A stretch of DNA of 64,000 nucleotides from an uncultured virus (IMG/VR IMGVR_UViG_3300031134_000641) (IMGVR_UViG_3300031134_000641); one strand, 5' to 3'. Shown: positions 47,465 to 58,876, counted from the stretch's first letter. The notes: generated from the letters alone by a model not told the origin. Numbers and translations are program-made.

Positions 47465-49741
47465 TTAGGAGCCAATATTCTTACCCTCATAAATACGTGT
47501 AACCTCTTCTTGTAACATGACAGACTTAGAGGCAGGCCCAGCCACACGCTTAGCAATATCAAGAATTTCTTTGTGCTCCTTCAGGTTACCAACAAAGTTA
47601 TCACTCAGGCCAGACTGTGAAGAGCCAAAGAGTTTACCTTCGCCACGAATTTCTAAGTCTTTCTCTGCAAGCCAGAAACCATCGTTGGAGCTTACAAGAG
47701 CATTCAAACGTTCTTCAGCTTCACCATTGGATGCTTCACCAACAAGGTAGCAATAGGACTTCGCAGAACCACGTCCGACACGACCGCGAATCTGATGCAA
47801 GCTTGCTATACCAAATCTGTTGGCATTTAGTACAGTCATCACTGTAGCATTTGGCACGTTGACCCCAACTTCAACAACTGTTGTCGCAACAAGAATTTGC
47901 ACTTCATTGCGGTAGAACTTTTCAATGACCTCATTTTTGGAATCTTTGTCAAGCTTACCGTGAAGCAGACCAACTTTGAGGTCAGGGAAAACCTGGTCGG
48001 CAAGAAGATGATAAGTTTTTTCAGCAGATTCAATGTCCTCCATCTTATCACTGTCTTCCACAAGTGATGCAACAACATAAGCTTGATGACCCATAGTAAC
48101 CTGCTCACGTATCTTGTTCCAAGCGTTCTGTGGGTTACCATCCCATTGGGTCTCAATAGGTATACGGTTAGATGGAAGCTCATCAATAATAGATACTTCC
48201 ATGTCGCCATAAACCACCTGAGACGTTGTCCTAGGAATAGGTGTTGCAGTCATTGTTAACATGTCTGGCGTTCCATGCTTCATGTTGTTCTCGCGCAAAG
48301 CACTACGCTGTTCAGTACCGAACTTGTGTTGCTCGTCAATAACAACTAGCCCAAGGTCATCAAACTCCACACCTTTAGAAACAATAGAATGCGTTCCTAC
48401 GAGAATGTTGATTTTACCTTCTTTGAGTTCTTCAAGTAGTTCACGTTTCTCTTTAACGCGCATTTTACCAGTTAGTAGACGAACATGAACTTCGTCTACT
48501 AAGCCAGCCTTTGTGAGGTCCTTGATCATTCTTTCGTACAGCTGGTTAGCTAGAATGTCTGTTGGGGCGAGGAACCCCACCTGATATCCTGATGCTACAG
48601 CAACAAGACACACATATGTTGAAACTTCTGTTTTACCACTTCCTACTTCTCCTTGTAGAAGACGGTACATTGGTAAGTCTTTAGCTAAATCGTCAGAGAT
48701 CTCTTGAATAACTCTTGCCTGCGCTCCAGTTAAGGTGAAGGGCAAACTGTTGATAAACTTATCTGCCAGTCTACGATTGATTTTTGGCTTACCAAGGCTG
48801 TGGTCTAGTTCATCTTTACGATTCTTAAACAGAACTTGCAAACGAATGAACTCATCAAAAGCTATACGCTCACGGGCACGGTCAGCGTCTTCACGGTTCT
48901 CAGGGAAGTGAATCTTCCTGTAAGCCTCGTCGCGGGACATGAGGTTATACTCTTTGAGAAGTATGCTAGGGACAGGGTCTTCAAACCAGACTGTTTTGTT
49001 GAGGAACTTTTGAATCTCCTGCTGCAACTGCCACGACTTGTCGCCACTTTTCTGAGGGTAAACAGGAATCATGGGAAGGTCACCTCGCACGTCACCTAAC
49101 TTGTCAATTTTAGCGTTGGTGATTTGGGGATAACGTCCACCTTTTTGGTCAACATACTCGGAGTAGTTACCGTACATGATAACTTCGTCGCCGTTTTTGA
49201 ATTTCCAGCCTAACCACTTCTGACGGAAGAAGCTGGCAGATATCCTTTTACCTGTAATGTCCTGGACAACAACTTTAACCAAATCTCGTCTAGCATCATA
49301 AGCTGGGTCGTTAACGACTTCTCCTACGATAACAGACCATGAGCCTATTGTAAGCTCTCCGATATGCTGCGGGTTGCTTTTGTCAATGTAGCGGATGGGA
49401 AGGTAATGGATTAGATCCCATTCTGTCTTGATTTGACCAAACTTTTTCTCTAAAGGAGTTTCCATTAACTCAGTTAGCTTAACATCCCAGTTTAAGTCGG
49501 CTTCGGCAACATCTGCATCGTCAGCTACCCTTGCAAGTATCTTTTTGTCTTTGGCATCAATCTTCACTGTTCTGCCCGTGAGGAACTTACGGATTAGAAG
49601 AGCGTTGTCTTGTGTGAAAGCAACATTGTAGCCGTCATCGTCTTTGATGCCGTCAATAGCTTTCCGAAATGCCGTCAAATCGTCACCGTTAATACTGATG
49701 GTGTCAGGCGCATGTGTTTTGAGAGTAAATTCTTCGTTCAT
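47465..49741 (-). CDS. recG: ATP-dependent DNA helicase RecG
   Basis: OB wedge, LQGEVGSGKT, DEQHKFG, MTATPIPRT, HQIRGRVGRG, DLEIRGEG. Confidence 0.95.
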   Translation of the reverse strand: MNEEFTLKTHAPDTISINGDDLTAFRKAIDGIKDDDGYNVAFTQDNALLIRKFLTGRTVKIDAKDKKILARVADDADVAEADLNWDVKLTELMETPLEKKFGQIKTEWDLIHYLPIRYIDKSNPQHIGELTIGSWSVIVGEVVNDPAYDARRDLVKVVVQDITGKRISASFFRQKWLGWKFKNGDEVIMYGNYSEYVDQKGGRYPQITNAKIDKLGDVRGDLPMIPVYPQKSGDKSWQLQQEIQKFLNKTVWFEDPVPSILLKEYNLMSRDEAYRKIHFPENREDADRARERIAFDEFIRLQVLFKNRKDELDHSLGKPKINRRLADKFINSLPFTLTGAQARVIQEISDDLAKDLPMYRLLQGEVGSGKTEVSTYVCLVAVASGYQVGFLAPTDILANQLYERMIKDLTKAGLVDEVHVRLLTGKMRVKEKRELLEELKEGKINILVGTHSIVSKGVEFDDLGLVVIDEQHKFGTEQRSALRENNMKHGTPDMLTMTATPIPRTTSQVVYGDMEVSIIDELPSNRIPIETQWDGNPQNAWNKIREQVTMGHQAYVVASLVEDSDKMEDIESAEKTYHLLADQVFPDLKVGLLHGKLDKDSKNEVIEKFYRNEVQILVATTVVEVGVNVPNATVMTVLNANRFGIASLHQIRGRVGRGSAKSYCYLVGEASNGEAEERLNALVSSNDGFWLAEKDLEIRGEGKLFGSSQSGLSDNFVGNLKEHKEILDIAKRVAGPASKSVMLQEEVTRIYEGKNIGS

Positions 49742-49833
49742 GTATTTTAGTTATCCGTTAATGTCAGAGACAATAATCATACCATATTTTCTTTGAACCG
49801 ATAGTATTTCAGAGTAACTAGGTTAGGAAAACT

Positions 49834-50364
49834 GTGGCGTTTGTAAAGAAACCCAAAGACCAGGAGCAGGAAACACCTGCTGGTTTCGGTCAGATGTATG
49901 ATAGTTTTCTTTCTTTTGTGGAAAGAACACCTTCAAAACAGCGTAGAACGTATATGATTGGCTCCCTTGTGGTAGCAGCCATCTTAATTGTTCTGGCTTC
50001 TCTTCCGTTGAACATATCAACCTGGGTGTTCGTTCTTATTGGTTTCCCAGCGGGATTGATTGTGTTTGCAAACTGTGTCGCACTGACGCATTTCACTCGC
50101 CTACGCGATTCCAAAGCTTTCACATACAAAGACCGTGTTCCGCCTACCAAACGAATTAAGACTGTTGGTTTGGGAATCGTAGTTATTGTTGCGATTCTAA
50201 TCAGCCTTGGTGGACTTATTCCTTATGGCCTTGGTGGAACCATTGTTATCACTCTGGCATTGTTTGCTTACAACATTATCCGCAGGACACCAGATGAGCT
50301 TCGTCTAGCTAAACTTGGTCTTCCTGACCCCCGCGAATTTGAGAATGAAGATGAGGAAAACTGA
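49834..50364 (+). CDS. Four-TM membrane protein
   Basis: Hydrophobic segments; CCGATAG at 49798-49804. Confidence 0.75.
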   Translation: MAFVKKPKDQEQETPAGFGQMYDSFLSFVERTPSKQRRTYMIGSLVVAAILIVLASLPLNISTWVFVLIGFPAGLIVFANCVALTHFTRLRDSKAFTYKDRVPPTKRIKTVGLGIVVIVAILISLGGLIPYGLGGTIVITLALFAYNIIRRTPDELRLAKLGLPDPREFENEDEEN

Positions 50365-50705
50365 TGGCTAACTTATGGATTTACCTTGCATATGGTGTTC
50401 TAGGTATAATTGTGTTAGGTGCAATTGTTCTACTTGGTGGAGTGTTTGTCTTCGGGCGCGAAAAAACCGATAAAGGTAGCAAGAAAGCTAAAACTCAAAA
50501 AGGCAAAGAAGAGACAAACCCAGAAGATGGCTTCAGCTTCGGTGCTGACAGTAACGATTTTGTTCTCACAAAGACAAACTTGGATGAGAACAGCTTAAGA
50601 AACTCTGCCCTCCGACCTTCTGCTCCCTCTTCTGCACCTAAAAACGCTACTAAGCAGCCAGGTTCATTCTTCGGTAACGATGAGGACCCTTTCCTCTTAC
50701 CATAA
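50364..50705 (+). CDS. Single-TM membrane protein
   Basis: N-terminal TM; TGATG coupling. Confidence 0.7.
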   Translation: MANLWIYLAYGVLGIIVLGAIVLLGGVFVFGREKTDKGSKKAKTQKGKEETNPEDGFSFGADSNDFVLTKTNLDENSLRNSALRPSAPSSAPKNATKQPGSFFGNDEDPFLLP

Positions 50706-50761
50706 CGTTTTCTGTGTTATACTAGCTTTTACCTTGCGTTACAGAAATAGGAGAATCAACT

Positions 50762-52411
50762 GTGACAGACCAGAACATTCAAGATTTAACCGTATCTGAT
50801 GTTGAAATTGTCAACATTGTAATGGACTCGACAAAAACGCCTGTTGTGCATATTGTTGTAGAAGAATCTAGTGTCTCTGACCCGGATGAGTTGACACAGT
50901 ATTTCATCAGTCGTATTGAGCCTGACAAAGATACGACAGGGTTTGTTAAACTTTTCTTCCGTAAAAATATTGAAGAAGAGGGAACAGACTTTGCCGTTAG
51001 TATCCCCCTACAGTACGCACAGGTAAGTCAAATTGTTGGTATGCTACTACCTACCCCTAACTTTGTTATGAGTTCTGAGAGCGATATCGCGGAACCTTCA
51101 GATTCTGGCGACTACGAAATCACAGATTTCCCTGCTATCATCAGCTTTGCATTGTCATCATCACCAGAGTTTGCTCAGACCACCTCTATGCTCAGCCGCC
51201 TTACTACAGGAAAACACACTGTACAGCTAGATATTGATGTTTTCAATGAGGGCCGAGCAGAGATGATTTCACTTATTGGTGACGTAGTCAATGGTGAGAG
51301 TGAAGCATTAGAGAAGCTTTTTGCTTACATTGAGCCTCTGAACGCTATGGTAGCAGACAAAGAGAAAGATGATTTCCAGCCTTCTGATGAGCAACAGAAG
51401 CTAATCATTCTTGAAGACCTTACAGTTAAGCTTCTCAACGCTACAAACCCTATAATGATTTCCTCCAGCTTCAAAGGCGCTGCGCCAACAGAAGACTTTA
51501 TTGAAGACATTGAATCTTTTGAAGGCATCATGCGAGGCAGCGGGATAGATGATAGCTTCTTCGCTGATGTGTCTAATGATATTTCAGCGACACCTGAAAG
51601 TAAAATTGCTCACATCTCCAAACCACTGACAAAAGACAACTTCCCTCTCAAGATGGAACGACTTGTTCCTAGCATCAACTTGCCAGAAGTCTACAAGACA
51701 ACCTGGAACTCAATAGAGGAGCCAGAGCAAGAAGAAAAGCTCACTGGCGAAATCACTGTAGCTGGAATGATTATGGTTGCCGCCAGACTAGGTCGCATTG
51801 AAGAAGTTGCGGATGGCAATTTTGAACTTGAACCAACAATGATGTTAATTAAAGCTCTAAGCGTTCCAGGTGAACAGATTATCTGGGCCATGAATGAAAC
51901 CATTAAGCTCTTATCCAAGAACCAATTCAGGCCCTTCAATGACGTTTTCACACTGACTGTTCCTGATGCTGAAGAGCCTAGAAGCGCTCTACAGGCACCT
52001 TTAGGGTTTGTCCTGCATGAGTTCGGTCATTTGGTACAAGGAGAAGGATGGCGCAAAGATATTCTTGCTTTGGGTCTGAAAGACTACCCTATCATCTTCT
52101 CATTTGTTGATGAAATTCTCTCTTCAGAGGGCGAACATGACCATTCAGAGGATGATGAAGAAAGCTCCATGTGTGTTCCAGCTAGAGCAGCAGTTAATTT
52201 GCTAGGCTTAGGCTTCACCATCAAAGATATTGTTGATCAGCTTGGACAAGCCATGATGGCTATGGCTGAGTTGAATGCTCACAAGCACACAGACTACAAG
52301 AAGAACTCTATTGACTGGGATAACTACACCAAGAGCTACTTGGCTAGTATCTTAGAGCACAATGAGTCAGATGAAGACGAAGATGATGACGAGGATGACT
52401 TCTACGGCTAG
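50762..52411 (+). CDS. Acidic hypothetical protein
   Basis: 549-aa ORF, AGGAG SD, poly-D/E tail. Confidence 0.8.
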   Translation: MTDQNIQDLTVSDVEIVNIVMDSTKTPVVHIVVEESSVSDPDELTQYFISRIEPDKDTTGFVKLFFRKNIEEEGTDFAVSIPLQYAQVSQIVGMLLPTPNFVMSSESDIAEPSDSGDYEITDFPAIISFALSSSPEFAQTTSMLSRLTTGKHTVQLDIDVFNEGRAEMISLIGDVVNGESEALEKLFAYIEPLNAMVADKEKDDFQPSDEQQKLIILEDLTVKLLNATNPIMISSSFKGAAPTEDFIEDIESFEGIMRGSGIDDSFFADVSNDISATPESKIAHISKPLTKDNFPLKMERLVPSINLPEVYKTTWNSIEEPEQEEKLTGEITVAGMIMVAARLGRIEEVADGNFELEPTMMLIKALSVPGEQIIWAMNETIKLLSKNQFRPFNDVFTLTVPDAEEPRSALQAPLGFVLHEFGHLVQGEGWRKDILALGLKDYPIIFSFVDEILSSEGEHDHSEDDEESSMCVPARAAVNLLGLGFTIKDIVDQLGQAMMAMAELNAHKHTDYKKNSIDWDNYTKSYLASILEHNESDEDEDDDEDDFYG

Positions 52412-52424
52412 AAAAGTCGGGGGC

Positions 52425-53159
52425 TTAGAAGCCTTCGTATCCTTCTAGTCCTTCGGTAAGCTTCTCTACAGCTGAATCTTTGATAGAACGCAGAGGGTTG
52501 ATACCAATACCCATCATAGCCATGATTTCTTTGTTAGAGTAGCCCATGAAGAACTTCAAACGGACAAACTCTTTCTCATTTTCGTCAAGTTTAGTATCAA
52601 CCACAAACTTGATAGCAGCTTCAAGCTCAGTTTGTTTCTCATCAGTTGTTGGACCTAGCAGGTCTATTGTCTCATGTTCTACCTGAACCATGAAAGTCTT
52701 GTTCATCTGAGAGAGAATAGTTTTAGCTTCAGTTGTCTCAAGGTTACTTCGTTTAGCAATGTCATCTACAGTAGGCTCAGTGGTGCTGTTAGCGTAGTGA
52801 CCTTCAATGCTGCGGATTACACCTTTGATGTTTTCTCGTACGCTTCGGGGAGTCCAGTCCATAGAGTTAATCTGGTCTAAGATAGCTCCGCGTACACGAA
52901 TTGTTGCGTAAGTCTGGAAAAGGTTACCCATTTTAGGGTTAAATTTTTCAATGGCATCTAGAAGGCCAATGTTACCGGCTTGGACTAAGTCTTCATAGTC
53001 TAGAACAGCGGGTTTCTTGTGCATAAAACCTGCAACAAGTTTCTTGACGATAGGGAAGTAGTTGTCGGCAAGGGTCGCCCGTAACATAGGTGTGGGATTT
53101 TCTTTATATTCTTCCCACAGCTTTGCAAGTTTCTCTTCGTCAAAGAATTTCTTATTCAT
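52425..53159 (-). CDS. fliA: FliA/WhiG-family (sigma-28) RNA polymerase sigma factor
   Basis: DLVQAGNIGLLDAIEKF, FQTYATIRVRGAILD, DWTPRSVR; region 4 divergent; start moved to ATG 53159. Confidence 0.9.
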   Translation of the reverse strand: MNKKFFDEEKLAKLWEEYKENPTPMLRATLADNYFPIVKKLVAGFMHKKPAVLDYEDLVQAGNIGLLDAIEKFNPKMGNLFQTYATIRVRGAILDQINSMDWTPRSVRENIKGVIRSIEGHYANSTTEPTVDDIAKRSNLETTEAKTILSQMNKTFMVQVEHETIDLLGPTTDEKQTELEAAIKFVVDTKLDENEKEFVRLKFFMGYSNKEIMAMMGIGINPLRSIKDSAVEKLTEGLEGYEGF

Positions 53160-53197
53160 GCTTCCCAGTTTTTTATTTATCCCCCGGCGTAAAAACA

Positions 53198-53220
53198 CTA
53201 TCGGCCTGGTTGAACCGATA
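53198..53220. promoter_or_regulatory. Back-to-back sigma-28-type -10 boxes
   Basis: GCCGATAG minus (53198-53205) toward sigma gene; CCGATA plus (53215-53220) toward pilin operon. Confidence 0.75.
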
Positions 53221-53236
53221 TATGTAACGGATAATC

Positions 53237-53878
53237 ATGCTTAGTAAACTCACCAGTCACATAAATCAGAAGAAAAGCCAGGAGTCTGGCTTATCTCTTC
53301 CCGAAGTGCTCGTCGCAGCTGTCATCATTGTGCTCGTTTTAACGTTCACGGCAGCTGGACTGGCTAGCTCTTTCGGCATCTCAGGTAAAACAGAAAACTC
53401 AAACAAAGCAACTCAGGCTATCAACGACCAGATAGCTATTGCCAAGCAGGCACGATATGCAGACCTTGGCATGAAAACACCTACAGCTGCTGAAACAGAG
53501 AACTGTTCCCCATGGACTACAACCTTTAACGGTGAACAGAAAGTTATCACGAGTGTAAACTATCCTTCATTGAATTACTGCTTAACAAAACAGTACTCAA
53601 ACGTAGGTATTAAGTTCTACATTGAAACCCAGATTACATACGTTAACGACACTTCATATGATAACTCTATTGAGCCTGTTACTGTTACGAACACATCATA
53701 CCAGCCTAAACGAGTTACTGTGACTGTGCGCTGGTCTGATACCGTAGATGACGACGGCGAAGCAATTCCGTCATCTAGGACAATGACATGGGTTGAAACA
53801 CCCTCAATTCAGGAATGTATTCCCCCTGGGCTTAGTAGCACAGCCACCAGCCCCGCAACAGGATGTATTGGATCTTAA
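53237..53878 (+). CDS. Minor pilin (PilV-like)
   Basis: ESG|LSLPEVLVA class III signal; KRVTVTVRW. Confidence 0.85.
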   Translation: MLSKLTSHINQKKSQESGLSLPEVLVAAVIIVLVLTFTAAGLASSFGISGKTENSNKATQAINDQIAIAKQARYADLGMKTPTAAETENCSPWTTTFNGEQKVITSVNYPSLNYCLTKQYSNVGIKFYIETQITYVNDTSYDNSIEPVTVTNTSYQPKRVTVTVRWSDTVDDDGEAIPSSRTMTWVETPSIQECIPPGLSSTATSPATGCIGS

Positions 53879-53881
53879 TAA

Positions 53882-55180
53882 ATGCTTAAAATTACTAGAG
53901 GTTTCGTAGCCAACCGCAAAGAGAACGAGTCTGGCGCTGCCATGATTTTTGCCCTTATGGTTATGGTTGTTGCTTTAGTTGTATCTGTTCTAGTTGCAGG
54001 CTATGTGTTAACAAACATTACTATCACCAAAGGTGTTAACTCCATTTCAACAAATGGTTTAGCTGCTGACGCTGCTATCAGTAACGCCCTGCTCGTTGCA
54101 AATAGTGTGGAAGGAAAAAACCTTCTTGCTACTCATGATGGTCCTGAATACGCGGTTACAGGGCAGCTTGCAGCTAATGCTTCTCCAAACACTGTTAAGT
54201 GGAGATGGTACGCCGAAAAAGTTGCTGGTACAGGACAACGTATCTACTACTACATCTACGCTACGGGTTACACTAAGTCACCCACAGATGAAGATGCAAA
54301 GACAACCCGTGTCCTCTTGTCTTCAAAAAACGTTTCCTCTGCTTCAATGCAGAATGGCAAAATAGTCTACCAGCCTTCTGACCAGGCTGTACACCAGTGG
54401 GGTATCGCAGGACTTAACAACATCACATTAGGTGCATCTGCAAAGATTTACTCTTACGATTCATACCAGAACCGTAACCCAACTGGTGCTACTGAAGGCG
54501 CAGAAGTAGCAACAAACGGAAACCTAATCTTGGGTGGCGACAACAGTCTAAGGAAGTTCAACAAGTTTGCTGCCAGCAACAATGTTAATCGCTGTGTTGG
54601 TACCGGTTGCGACTCTCTACAGGTTGATGACATTGCTTACCAGCTTAGCTTGTCCTCTGTCGCAGCTAAAGTCCAGGAGCAGTGCCCTCTAGCCGCTTCA
54701 AGCTACCCTTCATGGACAGCTTCAGCTAACGCAGGACTTCTTACGGTTACAAGCACAAACAAGTGCTTCAATACTATGGACTTTAACGCTAATACAACAT
54801 TGCCTGCATCTGCAACGCCTAACACACCCGCTCAAGTATTCATCAAAGGTAACATCTACGTACGTGCCGGTGTGACTGTCAACAATGGTGGTGCCCCAGC
54901 AAGCCTTCAGCTGTACTCTCAGTCAGGTTCAGAGGCAACCTTTACTCCTGGTACATCTGGTGCTCCTACGAAGTTCTTCGGCCTTGTAGCAGGCCCTACT
55001 CTAGCATGTAACAGCGCTGGAACATCTGGCGCGAACCTCACATTATACGGCTCACTTGCCTGCGGTAGCGTAGATTTTAAAACTGGTTCAGTAATCTGGA
55101 ATGATGATGGAGCTAAGATGGTTAAATCTACAACTGACCGTGTCCTATGGAGCATCAGTAAATACGAAACAGTTCTATAA
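53882..55180 (+). CDS. PilX/TadG-like pilus protein
   Basis: ESG|AAMIFAL without Glu5, TM, beta-rich C-terminus with LYGSL. Confidence 0.75.
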   Translation: MLKITRGFVANRKENESGAAMIFALMVMVVALVVSVLVAGYVLTNITITKGVNSISTNGLAADAAISNALLVANSVEGKNLLATHDGPEYAVTGQLAANASPNTVKWRWYAEKVAGTGQRIYYYIYATGYTKSPTDEDAKTTRVLLSSKNVSSASMQNGKIVYQPSDQAVHQWGIAGLNNITLGASAKIYSYDSYQNRNPTGATEGAEVATNGNLILGGDNSLRKFNKFAASNNVNRCVGTGCDSLQVDDIAYQLSLSSVAAKVQEQCPLAASSYPSWTASANAGLLTVTSTNKCFNTMDFNANTTLPASATPNTPAQVFIKGNIYVRAGVTVNNGGAPASLQLYSQSGSEATFTPGTSGAPTKFFGLVAGPTLACNSAGTSGANLTLYGSLACGSVDFKTGSVIWNDDGAKMVKSTTDRVLWSISKYETVL

Positions 55181-55305
55181 CAGCTTAAGTTTCTTAGCCT
55201 AAGGTAAAGAAACAGGGACTTCATCTTAGTTCTAATGTGTGTCGGTTATGAAAAGTTTTGTTTTACCGATATATATAAATGGATACAGCTATTTGAAAGA
55301 GTCCA

Positions 55306-57678
55306 GTGAAAAAATTTCTAGCCCGAAAAAACGAGAGTGGCTTTACCTTAATTGAGGTTTTGGTTACCCTCGCTGTTTTTGCTGTCATTGCAGTTATAGC
55401 TACGTCAGTAATCGTCTCTCTAAACAACACTGCTGCTCGTTTTGGTACTACATCTACCACACAGAACGATTTGACTACAGCAGCAGCACAGATTAACCGT
55501 GATATTTCCAGCGCAAGCAACTTTGTCCGTGCGGAAGATAAGTTACTTGAGGTTAAAACAAACTTCGGTGATCGGACTGAAAACACTATCATCTTTGCTT
55601 ATGTGCCTGGTTCACCTGTACCATCAGGTGTGCAGCAAGCTAACCTACCGAACTATCCTGCTATAGTCCGTCAGGTTACAAGCTCAACAGGAACTACACC
55701 TACATCCCGTGTTCTTGTGCCAGGCTTTGATGCCACAGCACAAGCTAACCCTTTGTTCGCTTACTTTGACGGACGAAACGTGAAAATTTCTACACCTGTT
55801 GAAGGTGACACTAAACTTAAGTCAATTTCACGTGTTCAGTTCTTTATTTCAGCTAAAATTGATGACCGTGCGCTTCCTGTGGAACTAGCTTCTTCTGCTA
55901 CCCCGCGAACAATTGGTACGGAAACTAACAACGCTGGTTCAACACCTCAGATTCCTGCTGCACCATTCTTAACTGGTAAGCTAACTCCTAGTGCAACAAC
56001 AGCTGACCTTAGCTGGACGATCCCTGAGGGAGCGACTTCTTACACTCTTTACCGTATCAACAATGATACAACAAAAGTTGTAAGTATTATCCCTAACCCG
56101 GCAACTAACACGTTCAGTGATACAGGACTCACCAAGGGTGAGAAATACACTTACTATGTTGTAGCTTCTGGCCCTGGTGGAATCTCTCCTCAGTCAAACA
56201 AGGTTAACCTAACTGTTGTGCCTGATAAGGCTATCATTGTTAACATCAACTCTACTAAGCAGCTAGCTGATGTTAAATCTGGTTCTACATCCGAGTCTGG
56301 AACAAGTAACCCTCTAGCCTCAGCTAAGTACACTGTTGCTCGTAACCTTACTAACCAGATTACTTGGAAGCCTGTTTTCGGTGCTGAAGGATACTACGTT
56401 TACCAGAACGGTTCAACAACACCTATGGCATCTGTTGGCCCTAACACCACAACTGCTACAACTACAGCTGCCTACGGTGCAGTACGTACCTATACTGTAA
56501 TCGCTTGGAACAGCGGTGACAACGGTTCTGGTGGAAATGGTCTAGCTTCTGACTCTGTTCAGCTTATTAGCCCTCCAACAGCGCCTGGTATTACTGCGCT
56601 TGCAACTAACAGCACTTCAACTATCAACCAGATTACTGTTTCAACTCGCCCAGCGAACTCTGATGGATTCAATATTTATGCTGCATCCAACAACTCTGGT
56701 GTAGTTAACTGTTCAACAGTAACTAAGAGGGTAAGCCTTAACAATGTGTCACCTTACAGCTACAAGGACGAAACCGTAGCATGGGGTAGCTCATCTTGTT
56801 ACGCAGCATCTGGATACAATGATGCTGGTGAAGGTCCTCGTGGTGCAGCTGACATTGAGAACAAGAAGGCTGGCCCATTCTCCGCTACAAGCTTTGATGA
56901 GGTATCACTACGTTATGCAGTAGATGGTTACTTCGGTTTCGCTTCATCTGGCAACAACTCTTCTGGTATCCTGAACTGGTCAGCTTCTCAGAACGTTGGT
57001 AAGTATGTTGTCAAAAAGAGCGAACCTCAGCTTCCTAGTCCAAATGATGGTCGCTTAGATGGTATTACCACAACTGAGACAGGTGCGACAGCAGCTGGTT
57101 ATGGCGTGCTAACACCTGGTTCAGGTTATGTTGCAGATATCTTCTCTTGTGCCCCGTGGTACACTGGAAGCAGTGTCGCGGATGGTGTTACAACAGGTAA
57201 CAACGACTTGGACAACGCTGAGTCTGGTTGCCGTATGGTCCGTACAACATTCATGACTTCACCTGATGTTCCAATTGAGACTCATTCCTTGATTCAGACT
57301 CGTCAGCCTAGCCCTTGGGTACGTCGCGCAACTAACGTATACGCATGGACACGAAACGGTTCTGTAACAAGCGTTCAGGCTAAAGCATGGTTTGACAGTC
57401 AGGGTGAACCAGGTTGGGCTAACTTCGGTGCAGCCGTAGGTGCATCAGCCAACGCTTACTCTGGTGAGACAACTGGTGGGCAGAACACAAGTGGTCGTTC
57501 ACGTTCATACTTGAGCCTACCGGGTTATGGTACAAAGTACTCAGATACTGTTTCTTGGACAGGTGTTGTTGCTACAGCCCCAGGTTGTACAACAGCTTGT
57601 GGTCAGAACTTCGCTAACGTTGCTGAGACTGCACCAACCTACTATGCTGGTCACCACGCTTACTACGTAGCTAGGTAA
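55306..57678 (+). CDS. Large minor pilin with fibronectin-III-like repeats (adhesin)
   Basis: ESG|FTLIEVLV; LSW..GATSY..Y.Y.VVA FN3 pattern; CCGATA at 55266-55271. Confidence 0.85.
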   Translation: MKKFLARKNESGFTLIEVLVTLAVFAVIAVIATSVIVSLNNTAARFGTTSTTQNDLTTAAAQINRDISSASNFVRAEDKLLEVKTNFGDRTENTIIFAYVPGSPVPSGVQQANLPNYPAIVRQVTSSTGTTPTSRVLVPGFDATAQANPLFAYFDGRNVKISTPVEGDTKLKSISRVQFFISAKIDDRALPVELASSATPRTIGTETNNAGSTPQIPAAPFLTGKLTPSATTADLSWTIPEGATSYTLYRINNDTTKVVSIIPNPATNTFSDTGLTKGEKYTYYVVASGPGGISPQSNKVNLTVVPDKAIIVNINSTKQLADVKSGSTSESGTSNPLASAKYTVARNLTNQITWKPVFGAEGYYVYQNGSTTPMASVGPNTTTATTTAAYGAVRTYTVIAWNSGDNGSGGNGLASDSVQLISPPTAPGITALATNSTSTINQITVSTRPANSDGFNIYAASNNSGVVNCSTVTKRVSLNNVSPYSYKDETVAWGSSSCYAASGYNDAGEGPRGAADIENKKAGPFSATSFDEVSLRYAVDGYFGFASSGNNSSGILNWSASQNVGKYVVKKSEPQLPSPNDGRLDGITTTETGATAAGYGVLTPGSGYVADIFSCAPWYTGSSVADGVTTGNNDLDNAESGCRMVRTTFMTSPDVPIETHSLIQTRQPSPWVRRATNVYAWTRNGSVTSVQAKAWFDSQGEPGWANFGAAVGASANAYSGETTGGQNTSGRSRSYLSLPGYGTKYSDTVSWTGVVATAPGCTTACGQNFANVAETAPTYYAGHHAYYVAR

Positions 57679-57698
57679 TAACCGATATAGTAAGTGTC

Positions 57699-58847
57699 AT
57701 GATCACTTATCTCAAGAACCACAAAGTATTAGCCATCTGCTTGGCTGTAGTGTTAGCTATCCTAGTTATCCTGGGTACCACCACTACAGCCAAGCAGATT
57801 AATGCTAAGAAGACAGCTAACGCCCCTGTGCAGCAGGTAACAGACAGCACTGTTGGAACAGCTATCAACTCAGTCATCCCCGATGGAAAAAATGCTAGCA
57901 CTATGGTGGCACCTGGTACGGAGGACTGGTGGAATGCTATCTCTGATTTTGTTCCCGCATATAACCTGGCAGGTATGTCTTACTCTGAAATGCCAGCTAA
58001 ACCCTCTCAGCTAGGGTGGACAGTAAGTTACTCTGACGAAATTCAAAGTGACTTCAACTTTGGCCTCAACAGTGTCTTTTTGACATTTAACTCAGAAGAT
58101 GATGCCGCGAAAGCTACAGAATGGCTTGCTTCTACAGGAAACAATGAGTTCCAGCCTGTTACTAAAGGCAAAGTTGTAGTGCTGGCTCCAGCATGGTCAG
58201 ATGTTAACCGTGACCTTCTATTAAAGGATTACACAGGATTGCAGGAAAGCGCTGATGTTACTCCAGACAAAGGCTACTGGAAAGTTGACTTCGCTACTTT
58301 GAAGGAAGTGTTTGTTACAGACGCAACTTCTACAGTGTATGACAAAGCAGTTACAGACTTAGGTTTCAATACTAAATCTGAAGAGTCTGTATGGTACGCT
58401 TCCTCTACTGATGGCCTCACATGGAATGGATACTTCAATGAAGGAGTATGGAATCATGAAAACCTTGATGCTGAAGCATTTAAGAATGATATGCTAGCGA
58501 CTTCAGTAGACAGTGTTGACACATCAAACACAGGTATTCCTGAAGGCTCAAGCGGTGACATTCAGTACACTACAGAGCTAAACCAAGCCCTCATTCTAGA
58601 TTATGTTGCAATTCAGACTAAAGAACTTGGTGTAGGCTTTGTGACAGACTTCGCTACAGGAGACACTGTAACACCTGAGCCTCTTAAAACTGATGACGAA
58701 ACTAAGTTGAGTATTAACCCTAACGCTTGGTTCTCAGTCATGAGTGGCCGACCGGATGTTCCCGTGTACTTCAACTACGATCTAGCTACTTTAACGTTCA
58801 ATAACTCTAACACAGACATGAATATCACATTCTCAAAAACGTCTTAA
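57699..58847 (+). CDS. Membrane-anchored/secreted protein
   Basis: N-terminal TM; CCGATA at 57682-57687. Confidence 0.8.
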   Translation: MITYLKNHKVLAICLAVVLAILVILGTTTTAKQINAKKTANAPVQQVTDSTVGTAINSVIPDGKNASTMVAPGTEDWWNAISDFVPAYNLAGMSYSEMPAKPSQLGWTVSYSDEIQSDFNFGLNSVFLTFNSEDDAAKATEWLASTGNNEFQPVTKGKVVVLAPAWSDVNRDLLLKDYTGLQESADVTPDKGYWKVDFATLKEVFVTDATSTVYDKAVTDLGFNTKSEESVWYASSTDGLTWNGYFNEGVWNHENLDAEAFKNDMLATSVDSVDTSNTGIPEGSSGDIQYTTELNQALILDYVAIQTKELGVGFVTDFATGDTVTPEPLKTDDETKLSINPNAWFSVMSGRPDVPVYFNYDLATLTFNNSNTDMNITFSKTS

Positions 58848-58876
58848 AAACGGTTTCCGTGGTACAATAGAGACCT